Positions 1 to 12,268 of a stretch of 64,000 nt of DNA are shown here, one piece after another; within the stretch, counting starts at the first letter, position 1; every line of letters starts with the position of its first letter. The notes beneath the pieces are model-generated. The model was given only the letters and a program-made list of their open reading frames with translations, made no database searches and was not told where the DNA came from. A program made the position numbers and the translations under genes. Location: assembly GCA_030141605.1 (NCBI GenBank), contig JAQGDQ010000010.1, positions 558,001-622,000 of the forward strand, written 5' to 3'. The DNA is from Tubiluchus corallicola (lineage: Eukaryota; Animalia; Priapulida).

Positions 1-283
1 GAGGAGACGTGGCGGTCATTTCAGCTAGATGGCTTTTTTTCGTTTGGTGTGGACGTGGTAGGGAACTGGAAAAGTTCCACGTTGGTTGACATAGGAAGCA
101 TCGAATGCCCGACGGTTTGATGGATTAGGACGCATCCGATGCCGGGTGGTTCGATGGATGGATTAGGACGAGTTGATGGTCCATAGTAGAGGCGCTCACC
201 GAGCTTATTCAAATTGAGTATTAGACCGGTCTCTAATTCATTCTTACGTAATTGAGCAGCATCGCTTGTTCTGTGCAATGCGC

Positions 284-713
<430 letters not shown>

Positions 714-1917
714 AGCAAGTAAGATATCGTTTTTCTTTTTTGTTTTTTTTTGGTTGTTAGTTCGTTAAAATACTTACAAAGATTACTTACTACAAGCATT
801 ATGAAGTTTACGAGACGTTTAGAAGAGCATCATAACACGTTTAGAAGTTATCACATATCGAACTCATTTGCATAGGCATAAAAGTATTGAACGGATACTC
901 GGCAGTGGTGAACTATGCTTTACTTTTCTTTTACTGAGATTTAACAAGATTATTCCTGACATTTTCCAAATAACGTTAACACCGTCACAGTAATTATACT
1001 AACTGTTGTTATATGAGGAATGCTTGCAATAAAATCTTTACTTTTAATTTAATCATTTTCGTATCAGTATTTACCTGAATATCTTCTACAATTTTCCTTG
1101 ATGCATGACCATCTGTTACACACCTTTCTTAGTTCATTTATGTGTTTAAGTGACACAACTCATTGTAGATGGTTAGACGAGAACTTTACTGTCAAGGCGA
1201 GTGAAATTCTTGGTCCAACCATCTACTAGAATCTGTGTTAAGAAAAACGCCTAGCTGAAAATAAGAAGCAACAACAAAAAGGCATATGCTGAGTTGAGCA
1301 AACCCAGAATGAGTAAAGGTAATGACTTTTTGTGAAAAAGGTAAATATACGTTCTAAAACCTGCAACATCTAACAAGATCATATATTTTTTGGTTTATAT
1401 ATGCTAAACTAATGCAAATGAAGTTTCCTCGAATTCAGGAGATTTCCTCGTTAACAGGAGACTCGTTTCTTAAATTGACCGGTGCATATGATAATTCAAT
1501 GAACGTGTCATATTGTTATTCCACGGGAATGACTCAATAAAATTACCGAGTTCCCGGAACAAAAGCTTTTACTGTAACTCTAGTGCAATTATTGTCAGCG
1601 AATGTGCGACATCTGAATGTAGCAAATGCAAATTGCGAAACCCATTGTAAGATGGTGCATGAAATGTTCCATTGTGATCAGCGTAAACCTGCGATCTATA
1701 ATCATCAACGAACATTGTTCGCTTTAGATGAAGATAGTTGCAACGGCTTTCAAAACGGTCTCTGTTAGCTGCTGTAATCAAGATACTGTATGCAATATAA
1801 GCTCTAGTATTTTGAAAGCATTAACAAACTCTCAACAACTTGTCAAAAAAGAAAAAAGTAAAGATAAATAGATCAATAGGCACATATACAGGAAGGACAA
1901 AACTAATGGAACATGGA

Positions 1918-2022
1918 GCGAAAAAAGAAAGGAAGACAGAAAGGTAAAAAAAAGAAAGTAAGAAAGAAAGAGAGAGGGGAGGGAGCGAGGGAGAGAGAGA
2001 GAGAAGCATAGAAAAAAGAAGT
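1918..2022. repeat. Purine-rich (GA/GAAA) low-complexity tract
   Basis: Nearly pure A/G run including (GA)n. Confidence 0.8.
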
Positions 2023-2905
2023 ACCATAATAATCGTACAGTGTAGACTATGTGGAATTTCGAGAAATTACAACCTTACTTCACATAAAATAGTGAGGGTA
2101 TTAAAAATGTAAAAATGCTATTCCAAGGAAGCCAACTATGCAATAAGAGTTGTCGAGATGCCAAAGACTGATGGCGTAGCTCGAGTTAACAGCACGTAGC
2201 GCATATGGCATGCGTAAAACCTGTGTACGAACAAAACCGCAATTTTGTCTTTCAAGTTCATTCAAGTGAGATTGGGATTTAATTTGGCTAGACATCATCG
2301 AGCAACAATTTGTTTTGCAGTTGATTAGTCCATCCAATCATACGCGTTGCGTTTTTTCTCTGCAGAAGAAAGACGTTCAGCCAATTAATCATGATTGGAA
2401 ATTCGAACACTGTCAGTCTTTGTAGAATTTGAAATTCTGAGTGACAGTAAGTATTGGTTATTTCCAAATTATTATTTCTAATTTTCCCAAATATCTTGTT
2501 TAAACAATCCCAATTTAAAATATTCGAGAAAACAAAATACCTTTTGCAATTAACTGAAGGGCATTGTTTTGATGCCGTTTGTCAGTGGCTAGTTTTTACG
2601 TGTTTTCTCTGTTTTCTTCTTTCCTTTCGCTGATTTTCTCTCCTGCCCTTTGATACTCTTGGGGCCTTTACTACAGTTCCTAGGACCTAAGGGAGTATTT
2701 AATAGATAAAGCCAGCCAAACTGTTATACAAAACGCAAAAAAACGTTTTAATTACCAGTTGGTTTTAGTGTTGACTACCCAGCAAATATGCGGCCTGTTC
2801 TATTAGCAGAACGACTGACACGAGCCAACAAGTCTATAATCACCATTACTCAATGAAAACCTGATGTAAGACACCAATACTAGCTGTGCCAGAGAAGCCG
2901 CCGGC

Positions 2906-3775
2906 AAGGCTGGCAATACGGCAATATGAAAAAAATACTTAAAAGTACGGTAGGGAATTACGGCACAGCTTTTTTTTCAACAGCACGGTACGCTACAAAA
3001 TTACGGTATTTTCTGGCACCTTTTCCTGTACAATTTATCCTCAGTTTCTTGTGATGTTTCTATTGTCAACAACTCACTGTGACGATTTGTTTTTTGGTGT
3101 GTGGGAATTATTGTTCTTCCCCAATTAACACAGAGCACACGCAAATGAAACCGCTAAATTGGTTCCTTTTGAGTGCAAACTGCAAAAGCCAAAGTTTGTT
3201 TGGAAGAGCTAGTTGCCATTTCCCGTAAATTACGTTTATTTGCTGTTTACAGATTGCTTCCCAAGTTTGACACCAGTTCACGTAACACCGCTCTTTTAAC
3301 TGCTATTTCTAGCTATTGTGTAGTAATTCACTGCGCATCTCAAGCTATGCAGATTCTGTTGAAGCACGAACATTTCAAAATATACGTTGTTAATGAGGAA
3401 TGCTTAGAACTTTGCCGATCTGTGCAAAACGGTAATTTTTCGTCATCAGAATAAATAACGTGCAAAACAGTAATTTTTCGTCATCGGAATAAATAACAAG
3501 TAGGCTGTTTTTCTTAAATGTCATTTGTGCTTAGTATAATCATTATCATCATACTGTTTTTGTATAATATATATATATATATATATATCAGAATAAGAAC
3601 TGATAAATTTAGTAATCAATCCTGTAGTAGATCACACAAGCCCTTGTTGCGGAATATGTACGATATTTTATTGTACTAGTGCTGCACGATTCAATTTTGC
3701 AAGTATGGTACGGAATCACGGCACGGTATTTTTCAAAGGTACGAAGGGCGGCATTTTTTGTACAATACCGTACCG
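2906..3775 (+). mobile_element. Two related decayed hAT-like MITE ends with TACGG/CACGG subterminal motifs
   Basis: 2943-2980 (aagtacggtagggaattacggcacagc..ttttcaa) resembles 3701-3736 (aagtatggtacggaatcacggcacggtatttttcaa). 3677 begins TAGTGCTGCACGAT, a hAT-type terminus. No TSD was found. Confidence 0.4.
3422..3497. repeat. 38-bp tandem duplication (2 copies, 2 mismatches)
   Basis: gtgcaaaac(g/a)gtaatttttcgtcatc(a/g)gaataaataac x2. Confidence 0.95.
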
Positions 3776-4149
3776 AGAGCTTTAACCGCAGGTAATTATG
3801 ACATGATTTCCCGCAAAGCTGCAACAAACTAAGTGACAAGCACAGGGCATGTAAAGGTTCTAAAAAGTTAAATTTCAATACATGGGTGTTGTCATTTTCA
3901 TCATCATCATTTTCATTATCATCGTCATTATCATCACCACCAACGACGCAATAATCATGTCATTGTCATCACCCTCATCCTGAAACTTGTAAAAGCTTGA
4001 AAGTCACTAGAGGCATGATCATCGTCGTCGTTGTCGTCGTCATTACCGTCAAATATTATATTATTTAAAGTTCTATTTTCACTGACAACTTTATGATTCA
4101 TTCAACCATTTTAAAATGTGGCTCCTTCACATACGTGGACATAATAAAA

Positions 4150-4490
4150 TCTATTATATGGACCAAAAATTTAGCCATTCCCTTGTTGCTGGTGTTTCTC
4201 CGAGGAGCCAGGCTTTATATACTTATTATAAATGAACAAGTTAGCTTTATCTTTACCGTTTGTCTGTAAACATTAAAAGCTGAAATTAGTTTGATAATTC
4301 TAGCATACATTTTATATTTCTGGATAGCCATATCTGCATCATCTCTGTTACTGACTGTAAATACGAAACCGAGGTACTCCTCTTTGGTGTTTCTTTCTAA
4401 ATTAACTTGTTCTACGCACATTTTACCAAAATCGATGCCAGACAATTCCGCGTTTTTCAAAGTCATGATTTTAGTTTTGACTTAAGATTG
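4150..4490 (-). mobile_element. Decayed non-LTR retrotransposon RT C-terminal fragment
   Basis: Translation KTKIM..EYLGFVFTVSNRDDADMAIQKYKMYAR..L..F....VKIKL matches the post-YADD KTK.M / KYLG..DD.D...Q...LY pattern of LINE RTs (RTE-X-like by recollection). Confidence 0.5.
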
Positions 4491-4879
4491 CTTTTCTTTT
4501 TGAACTTTCTGGTCATATCGGTTTGAAAAACTAGGACAGTTTTTAACACTTAGGTTAAAAACCTTCCAAAATTATTATTTTTGAAAATGTGACATTCATT
4601 TGTGATCTGAAACTCAAGACGAGCCGTGCTGCCATTACCACAGTTTGTTTGTTGCTGTTAATTTCAGAGGATGTTTTGCAATAACTGAAAAAATATTATT
4701 TCAGTGTGCATCTGTGATGCTGGATTATCACTGTTTATTTATGTTACGTGTTGGTGATGTTTTAAAATGAATCATTTTTTATTCCCGCGTTAAGTATGCT
4801 GATTGTTCAAAACTATGTATAATGGCAGAAATTGACGAAATTAATGTAGCTAAAGCAATGATGGCGGTGATTAATGACA

Positions 4880-5095
4880 ACATTTATGGCGATGATGGCG
4901 ACGACGATGATGACAATGGTGGTAATGATGATAACGATGATAACAATGACGACAATAACGATAACGATGATATGGTGGTGACGGTAGTGACGGCAGTGAC
5001 GACAATGAAGAATATAGTGACGACATCACCAATGTTGACGATACGACGATTACGATGAAGATGATTGTGATGAAGCATTTAAAACTATGATGATG
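4880..5095. repeat. Degenerate (GAT/GAC/AAT)n trinucleotide tract
   Basis: Read directly. It produces the Asp/Asn- and His/Ser-rich spurious ORFs. Confidence 0.85.
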
Positions 5096-7161
5096 CAAAT
5101 GTAATAAATAAGACAAGTTGTTTTGCGTTTATTATAAACCTGTTAGTCACAGCGATATTTGAAAATTTATTGCTTATGCGTCCCTTTTAACGTGCTGACC
5201 TAGTTGAGTAGTTAAATTAACTAAATCAGCTCTCTATTTTCGATGATGTGCCAAACGCCTTGTTCCCCAAAATTTAGCACTTATTAATTATATTTACAGC
5301 GCTAATTATATTCTGTGTTAAATCACCAACAGCACTGCAGAAATAAATTAACAAAAGTTTCATTGTATTACCAGGAAACTGTAGTTATCTCCAAATCTAA
5401 ACACAGTTATGTTTTAGATAAGTCGATAAAGTCTGGCAACACTGAAAAAGTCGTTCGAAACATTATCAGTTACTCAGTCCAGATTGCCTTGGGCTGCAAG
5501 GCGCCAACTGTCGTTTTCATCAGCGTGCTGACATCTATCGGGCGCCGATTAGGTGAATATAAGATAATGTCCAAATCTAAGTAGAGATGGCAGCAGCGAC
5601 TTGCCTATATATTATCGTGGTCAGCTTTCAGTTTCTAGCTGGGGAAATGGCTTCTAAAGAATTCTGGGATACACTACCTGGGACATTTGAGCGCTCAAAC
5701 TCAATAGTATCTCAGCACAAAGTCGTTGCACCTCATGTTGATTCTCCACACAATGGCACAACACAGTGTAACACCACGAGATTTTGCACCACATGGGCGG
5801 GGGTATATGGTCACTCATGATTCCTTTACTAGATCTCCTTCTGGGTGTGTTTTTACACTTCAAACTTGTATGCTTCACTGTACCAAATTCTAACATTATA
5901 ATTGTTTTTAAATGAGCAGACGCAATCTGCAATGCTGTATAGAACTAACAGAATTATGCACTTTCGTGAATACCACATAAATATTGTTGCCTTTCGTGAC
6001 TTTCAAGTTTCCGTAAACTTCGGGATTACTGAGCTAATAATGAAGATTACAGATTTTACTAAATCCTACCAACGTAATTGCATTTAAGATTACGAAATAA
6101 ATAAAAATAAATTAAATGACCACTTGTAATAGGGAATGCTGCAGAACTTGCAAAATATATACTTCTGAGTCTGATCTTGATGTATTTAAAAGTAGTTGAG
6201 GCACAAAAGCTGATTTCTATTTATAAGGTGCATGTAGGAGTGCGTATGCAAAATAAAAAAAGTCTCAATTAAAATAAGAACTAATTAGATACAAATGTTA
6301 TGTCAGAGTTCTATTGTTGCTAGTTACAATTCGCTGCTTTAGATTATACACAGAATGATTTAAACACTTCAGCACTAATCCTTAGCGATAAATGCACTTG
6401 GACATTGCAACAGGGAGTCCTAGAATAAAGAGGTGAACAGAATCATGTCCCTGGACGTATGATTCATATGTGATGATGATGAGATTATACACAGATTTAC
6501 GTAAAAATTGTTAAAGTGAGGAAAGTAATTTTCAGAACAGACAAATGATGCTGTAGTACCACCCCACGTTTGTACTTAAAAATAAATTTTCTTGGTGACT
6601 GGACTAACTTACTAATAGTCTAGTTTTTTCGACATGTCAGAGCTAAGTATGTTCAAACTTGTGGATGGTTTTTGCACAACATAAGTTTCTCAGAAACTAA
6701 ATGTTCAAATGTCCGGATTTCAATACAGACATAGTTTCAAGCCATTAATTTGAAAAGAAAATCAAATTAATTTTAAATGTATGGACTGAATCGAATGAGC
6801 TTGAACTATGAGGTATTTAGTTTAAATTCATGCTGAATTTAAATTTTCTAATCTAGACGTACAATTGGTTTCAAGTTTTTAGTCTGAACAACAAAAAATA
6901 AAGAGTAATTTGAAATTTGAAATGAAAAGACTGAAAACGCTGTCACTAGAGCTCAGCTCAAACAGCCTGTAGGTTTATTCCATCATTATTTAGTAATCAT
7001 TAAAGTAAAATTACGTGTAACTAATTAACTACCCCATGACTATCCTAGTGTCAAGTTTACTTAAATAATCTAGTAAGTTAGTAATTATTATAACATGGGC
7101 AAACGAATACTTAGAAATGCCGAAAGAACTGGCGAGCAATTAACATTCAGTTAGAACAGTG

Positions 7162-7265
7162 GACTGAGGTATCTACTGGTCTTAGACGCTGAGCTTGTAA
7201 CTTAAGGGTTTCTAGTTCAAATACTAGCTCATATCCGGCAAATTTTCACATTTCCTTTCCTCGTA
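7162..7265 (+). mobile_element. tRNA-derived SINE head (decayed)
   Basis: tRNA-like layout with T-arm ctagTTCAAATactag. The downstream tttcctttcctcgt resembles the sequence after the 19627 copy. Confidence 0.45.
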
Positions 7266-8160
7266 AATCCGCAAACGGATTTAAAAATTTAATGCCGAGT
7301 CGGGTAATTTCATCATATCTAAACTCGACATACAGTTAATAGGCAAATATCTCTTTGTGAGTAAAGAACAAATATCTCATCTCAAATACTCATCTCATTT
7401 ACATCATTGTGTGATAAGTCAAATACATATAGTTGTCAATTACTTAGTTACTTTAGTAAATCGAATATTGCCATGCGTGTCGCACGTCATATGCTTTTAA
7501 CAAACGTCGGTGGCATATTAAAATCGGCTATAACATTGACGTTTATAGCTCGTAACGACCGCTTCTTGTTAAATTGATATCATGTTTGTCTGCTACTGAC
7601 GGCTGCGTTATTAAACGCTCTAATCGTGCATGAAATACGCCTCGGTGTATCAAAACCGAGCCCTAGCTTTTAATAGCGTCAGAGTAATCAATTTAACAGG
7701 GGAAGTAGCGTACCTTGAGGTTAAACAATGTGACAATGAGTGTCAGTTGTCATGCGAAATATGATTTACGAGCTATTACACTGACAGCGAAACATCGTTT
7801 GCAAGCAAATTTTGAATGCCTCTTTACGATAACATGAATGTTCACTGTTCAATGGCACAAGATGACGATGGTCTTCACATTCACACATTACACTGTTGTA
7901 AAGATAATGTTAACTTAAAATGGGTGCAGTAAAAGCAAATCAATGCTTGAAGTGGTTTATCAAATTATCTGCTCAAAAGTACCATTTGGCCACCACAGTG
8001 TGCGACGCTGCTCAGTGTGGCATTCCAGCTGATCTGATACTGACGCAACATTAGCATATAGCTCTTTCGTGTGTGTGTGTGCATGAGTGCATTGTGTTCA
8101 TTCTGTTCATGTTACCTTCTTTTTTTCATGTTTTACACATCTTCTGACCACTGTGCACAG

Positions 8161-8270
8161 TAATCTGCTAATCTGATTTGACCCGACCTGATCCAATCTA
8201 ATCCGATCTGATCTATAATCTGATTTAATCCAGTTCAATACAATCCAGACTAGTCCAATCCAATCTAAAC
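8161..8270. repeat. Degenerate pentanucleotide repeat (ATCTG/ATCCA/ATCTA)n
   Basis: Read directly. Confidence 0.75.
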
Positions 8271-8611
8271 AGTTTCTTGTAACCATAGTAGTGTGGCATT
8301 TCTTTCATGAGTGAATGTGGCGTCTCTTCACTTTTGCAATAAAATCTCTTAAAGTTGATTGCAATTCTAGCAAATTCCAATTACAAATCCAGTCTTTATG
8401 GCACAACTGCAACAATAAAGTGAAACCGCTGTAAGTAAATGTAAATAATGGCTTTTTATTTCTTTACTACATGCTGTTAATGTGAGGGATAATGTGGTTA
8501 TCGCACGTGTCTTTAATGCATCGAATAAAATTTTGTTGTGTAAACTGCCCTTGATCTATTCTTGGTAGATGCTAATGATACTAAAATAATAATTTACATG
8601 ACTTCAGTTGT

Positions 8612-8680
8612 CTACGTAGCGGACGGCACATGTGTACTCTCAGCAGTCTCAGTCTCGGGTTCGAGTCCGGCGGCTTGCAA
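8612..8680 (+). mobile_element. tRNA-like SINE fragment with Pol III B box
   Basis: GGTTCGAGTCC at 8658-8668. No complete cloverleaf. Confidence 0.4.
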
Positions 8681-9800
8681 TATGTTCTGCATGTTGTACA
8701 TTTTTATGTGTTGCGTCTCTACCTGCATGTACTGTTGATGTAAGGTGGCTAACTAGTACATTGTGTTAATGTTGTCTATTAATTATGTGACTGTAAACAA
8801 AAGCTGTATTTGTCTTAGATTTATTGAAACTCACGTTTCAAAACTGTTTCAAACAGCATCATGGTTAAGTCCTTCAGTTAATATCTCGGACATATTAATC
8901 CCTAATTACCAACTCCTTTTCCGTAATGATCATAATGGCTTGGAAGGGGGATAGCTTTTTGCGTCTCGGCTGATACACCCTTTAAACCAAGAAAGGATTT
9001 AGTTCACGTGGATTGAAATTAATCTTACAAACTTCATTTTGTGTATGTGTGTCTGTTACCGTTCTCCTATCCATGCTCTTACCAAGGATGAGTTTATAAA
9101 TCAATTACAATTGTTTAATATGATATGCTAATTGGTAGTTTACCAAATGTTTACTATGCAGTCATATACATAGGTAATTTTAACGCTAAGTGTGCATTAT
9201 CCTAATCTGGAAAATCGTTTCGGTTCCAAATTATATGCATTTACTGTTCAGAATCAATTTTCACAGTTAATAACTTGTTAAAACTACTTGTAGTTCTGAT
9301 GAATCTAGCTCTCTGATTGACTCATAGTACTGATTAGTATTTTACTTTTTGCAAGTGAAACTTTTGATTCCGTATGTGCTAATTTCATTACTAATTTGTG
9401 AAATTTGATTCGTGATTATGTTATTATGAATTATGATTTTTTTCCTGATTTTGATTTCTTCACGTGTTTGTACAGAGAGCAAAATTTCATATTTATAAAT
9501 GTCCTTATATGTTTTATATAGTAGATAATAGGCCTTTCTTCCACGACCTTTAAAATAATTACAATCATTTTACACAAGCTCGTTTTTGTGCTGGATAATT
9601 TAACTAAAATAAGCCCCTTAACTGATAAGGCAGGATGCAGAGAATTCGGGCTCATATAAAATTAAAAATATATAAAATTAAAATAAATAAAACTTAAAGG
9701 CATATTTCCATTAAACGTCTTAATTAATTTTCAAAGAAGGTATCACCGTTGGGTAGGTAATAACAGAAGGGAAATTTGACAAAATCTTCTAGTTATATCT

Positions 9801-9843
9801 TCTAAATTTTGCTGCAAGCGACGAGATTGCAGCAAAATTTAGA
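9801..9843. repeat. Perfect 17-bp inverted repeat with 9-nt loop
   Basis: TCTAAATTTTGCTGCAA-gcgacgaga-TTGCAGCAAAATTTAGA. Confidence 0.95.
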
Positions 9844-10402
9844 GAAAGAGATGAAAAACTAATACAACACAAGAGCACTCGATGGTAGTTATATCTCCAA
9901 TGTCAAATGCTGAATAAAGGCGCGAAAAAATAAAAAGCCAAATCGGCTTCCATGTTTCAGGCTTCGTAGTTTTTAAAGGCCTATTGGCATGCATAACTTG
10001 ATGTAATTAGTTTCGTGACAACAGCTGAACTGTCTGCTGCTACCTGTGAGAGTTGTTTCGCCCGCCGCCTTTTCAACCAGCACAATCAATGCGTAATTAC
10101 TTGTCGGCTCGCAATTTGTAAATTTAATGGGCTGAATAATTGCTAGTGCAGTATTGCATTTAGACGTAACAAGCCTATATTGCGCTGAAGTATCTATTGC
10201 TGTTTTTCTTATCCGCGGCGTGCCACAAGGGCGCATCATCGCCCCAATCTTGTTTAGCGCGTCATGCGCATTCAGTTGAGCGCGTGCTACACTTCTGCAT
10301 AGTGGTGTTGTTTACAATCTGCTGTAATTTGTGAAGAAAATTAAGCATAGTAATACTGTGTGGAAACTATAAAATTTTATTCATGTGATAATAATAGTGA
10401 AT

Positions 10403-10483
10403 TCGATTATACAGCCTTATTATTTACAATCGATTATACAGCCTTATTATTTACAATCGATTGTACAGCTTTATTATTTACCA
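10403..10483. repeat. 27-bp minisatellite, 3 copies
   Basis: tcgattatacagccttattatttacaa x3 (third copy diverged). Confidence 0.95.
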
Positions 10484-11689
10484 TTTGTAGGCGCTTACCA
10501 GTAGCAGTTGTGATCTTTATCGTTTGTGTCCGTTCACCTACTGGAAAGTTCAGGAAATAACAGGAAAAAGTGCATCACAGTGATAACATCATAAGTGGCG
10601 CAAGCGTAAAAATAATCGGATATTGTTTTTCACCCATCTTGTCAGGTTTATCCAGAGTTACGATACCCAGAGTTACCAAAAATGCCATTTGAACGACTAT
10701 AATAAGTGCTCACTTCAAAATTACTTCATCCTCGTCAGATTTATAAAATTTTAAGTCAGATTCGCTATCTATCGTTTGCTTCAGTTTTTATTTAGCACGT
10801 AAAAAGAACTTTTCCATTACATATTTACGAGTCGCTATTATTCAGTTTAAAAGTTGTTCAGTACTGGAGTTGTTAAGGCGCGTTTAAAAGGCGTGTGGTC
10901 AGTTAGTGTAGTCCTGTCGTAGAGTGCAAATTTGTATGATGTTGAGCGAATTTTCCTTTATTTGGCAATAGTTACTGTTATCACTTTATCAATTTTCGTG
11001 CTATCGCACACTTGTTTACTGCATCTTTTGTATTGCCTGAATTCACTCGATTTTTTTATCTTTTTGTACAATTTCTGCAGTTCCACTGCTTTCTAGCGTT
11101 TTATCAAAGCTTTATCTCTGTTATCTTGAAAGGTAATTAAAAAGTTCCCTGTCTGTTTTCCGGCAAGAAAATAAGGAAGAAAACAAAGTACTCAGTTTTA
11201 TTTCGTTTTATTATCGCTATAAAAGAGAATTTCATTTCGTTTCTCATGGTCTGTTTCACGTCACTTGCCAATTACTTTAGATGCGCGAAGGCGCGCCTTA
11301 GACAGTCCTGGTACATTCGTCAAACTTTGCGCGCCTATCCACACAGTATGTCTGCGTTTAGCACTAAATAAGTTTTTTTAAATATAATGAGGCTCTTCAA
11401 TGCGTGATTCTAGACGACCTTGTTTCTTTTCTGTTATGATTTATTTGTTTCTGACATGAAAATTGCTCCGCGCATACAAAAACAGTCTATATTCAGTTGT
11501 GTTTTTTAAAAAATGCGTGAAATAAAGTGAGAAAAACTCTAACTTATTTTTATTATAACTGCCCCTAGTTCTTTTTCGCATCTGTTTCTTTTTCTTGAAT
11601 AACAATGCCGAGACACTTGGCTTTTAGTTCCTCTAGGCAAGCATAAGCCAGATCGTCTCAACGTCTGGCTCGCCAGCTCTGTGGACTTC

Positions 11690-11800
11690 CTTTAATCCTT
11701 TTTGCACCATAACTGTCCATAATCTAATGCCCCTGCATAATAAGGATTGCAGCCATAAGTTAAATTTGACAGATTGTAAATGTTTTATGCCGGCACATTA
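11690..11800 (-). mobile_element. Possible decayed LINE ORF2 C-terminal fragment
   Basis: Minus-strand translation LQSLLCRGIRLW resembles the LINE C-terminal S...RG.KLWN motif (compare SLKSRGVKLWNSL in the 32662 ORF). Confidence 0.3.
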
Positions 11801-12220
11801 CCAAACATGTCTTCAAATCTGGCTTCCTCGTCTCCCAGCGGACAAAATTTAACACCAGTGGGCAGCTTAATCTTGTTGGCTAGCTGAAATAAATGGCAAA
11901 GTAAGCAAGTAGGAATACAAATGGTTGAGTAGATAGAGCTTCGATCTCCTTTGTTTTGATATAGGTCTTTATGAGCACAACGTAGTACACCTAATCATAC
12001 TATCACAGGAGGAAAGTGTGGTAACTCCTTCGAGTCGTTTAGTTTGTATATCATATCACTAGCCACTTTTATACATGGCAACCAAAAGAGAGACCATAAG
12101 AAACAAGCACATCATACTCTCAACCGACGAAATCTGATACAGATAACCACTTCTTTACTCTGTTTTTCTTGTTTGTCGTTTTTAATTATTCCTAATTTGT
12201 TGCGATGCATCCTTAGCGCT

Positions 12221-12268
12221 GGAAGTTGAGCAACGCCGGGCCTCGTCGGTAACTGGACGGGTTATCAC
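12221..12268 (+). pseudogene. 5S rRNA-derived fragment (5S pseudogene or SINE3-type head)
   Basis: GAAGTTGAGCAACGCCGGGCCTCGTCGGTAACTGGACGGGTTATCAC aligns without gaps to the 5S internal control region GAAGTTAAGCAACGTCGGGCC.GGTTAGTACTTGGATGGGTGACCGC. The 5' and 3' ends of 5S are missing. Confidence 0.65.

Noticed and set aside
1-230. GC-richer segment with gatggattaggacg repeated at 119 and 157
   Set aside because: Truncated by the window edge with no recognisable protein or RNA; probably a TE fragment.
10875-11300. Possible Harbinger-type ends taaGGCGCG ... CGCGCCtta
   Set aside because: Only 6 bp of inverted match; insufficient.
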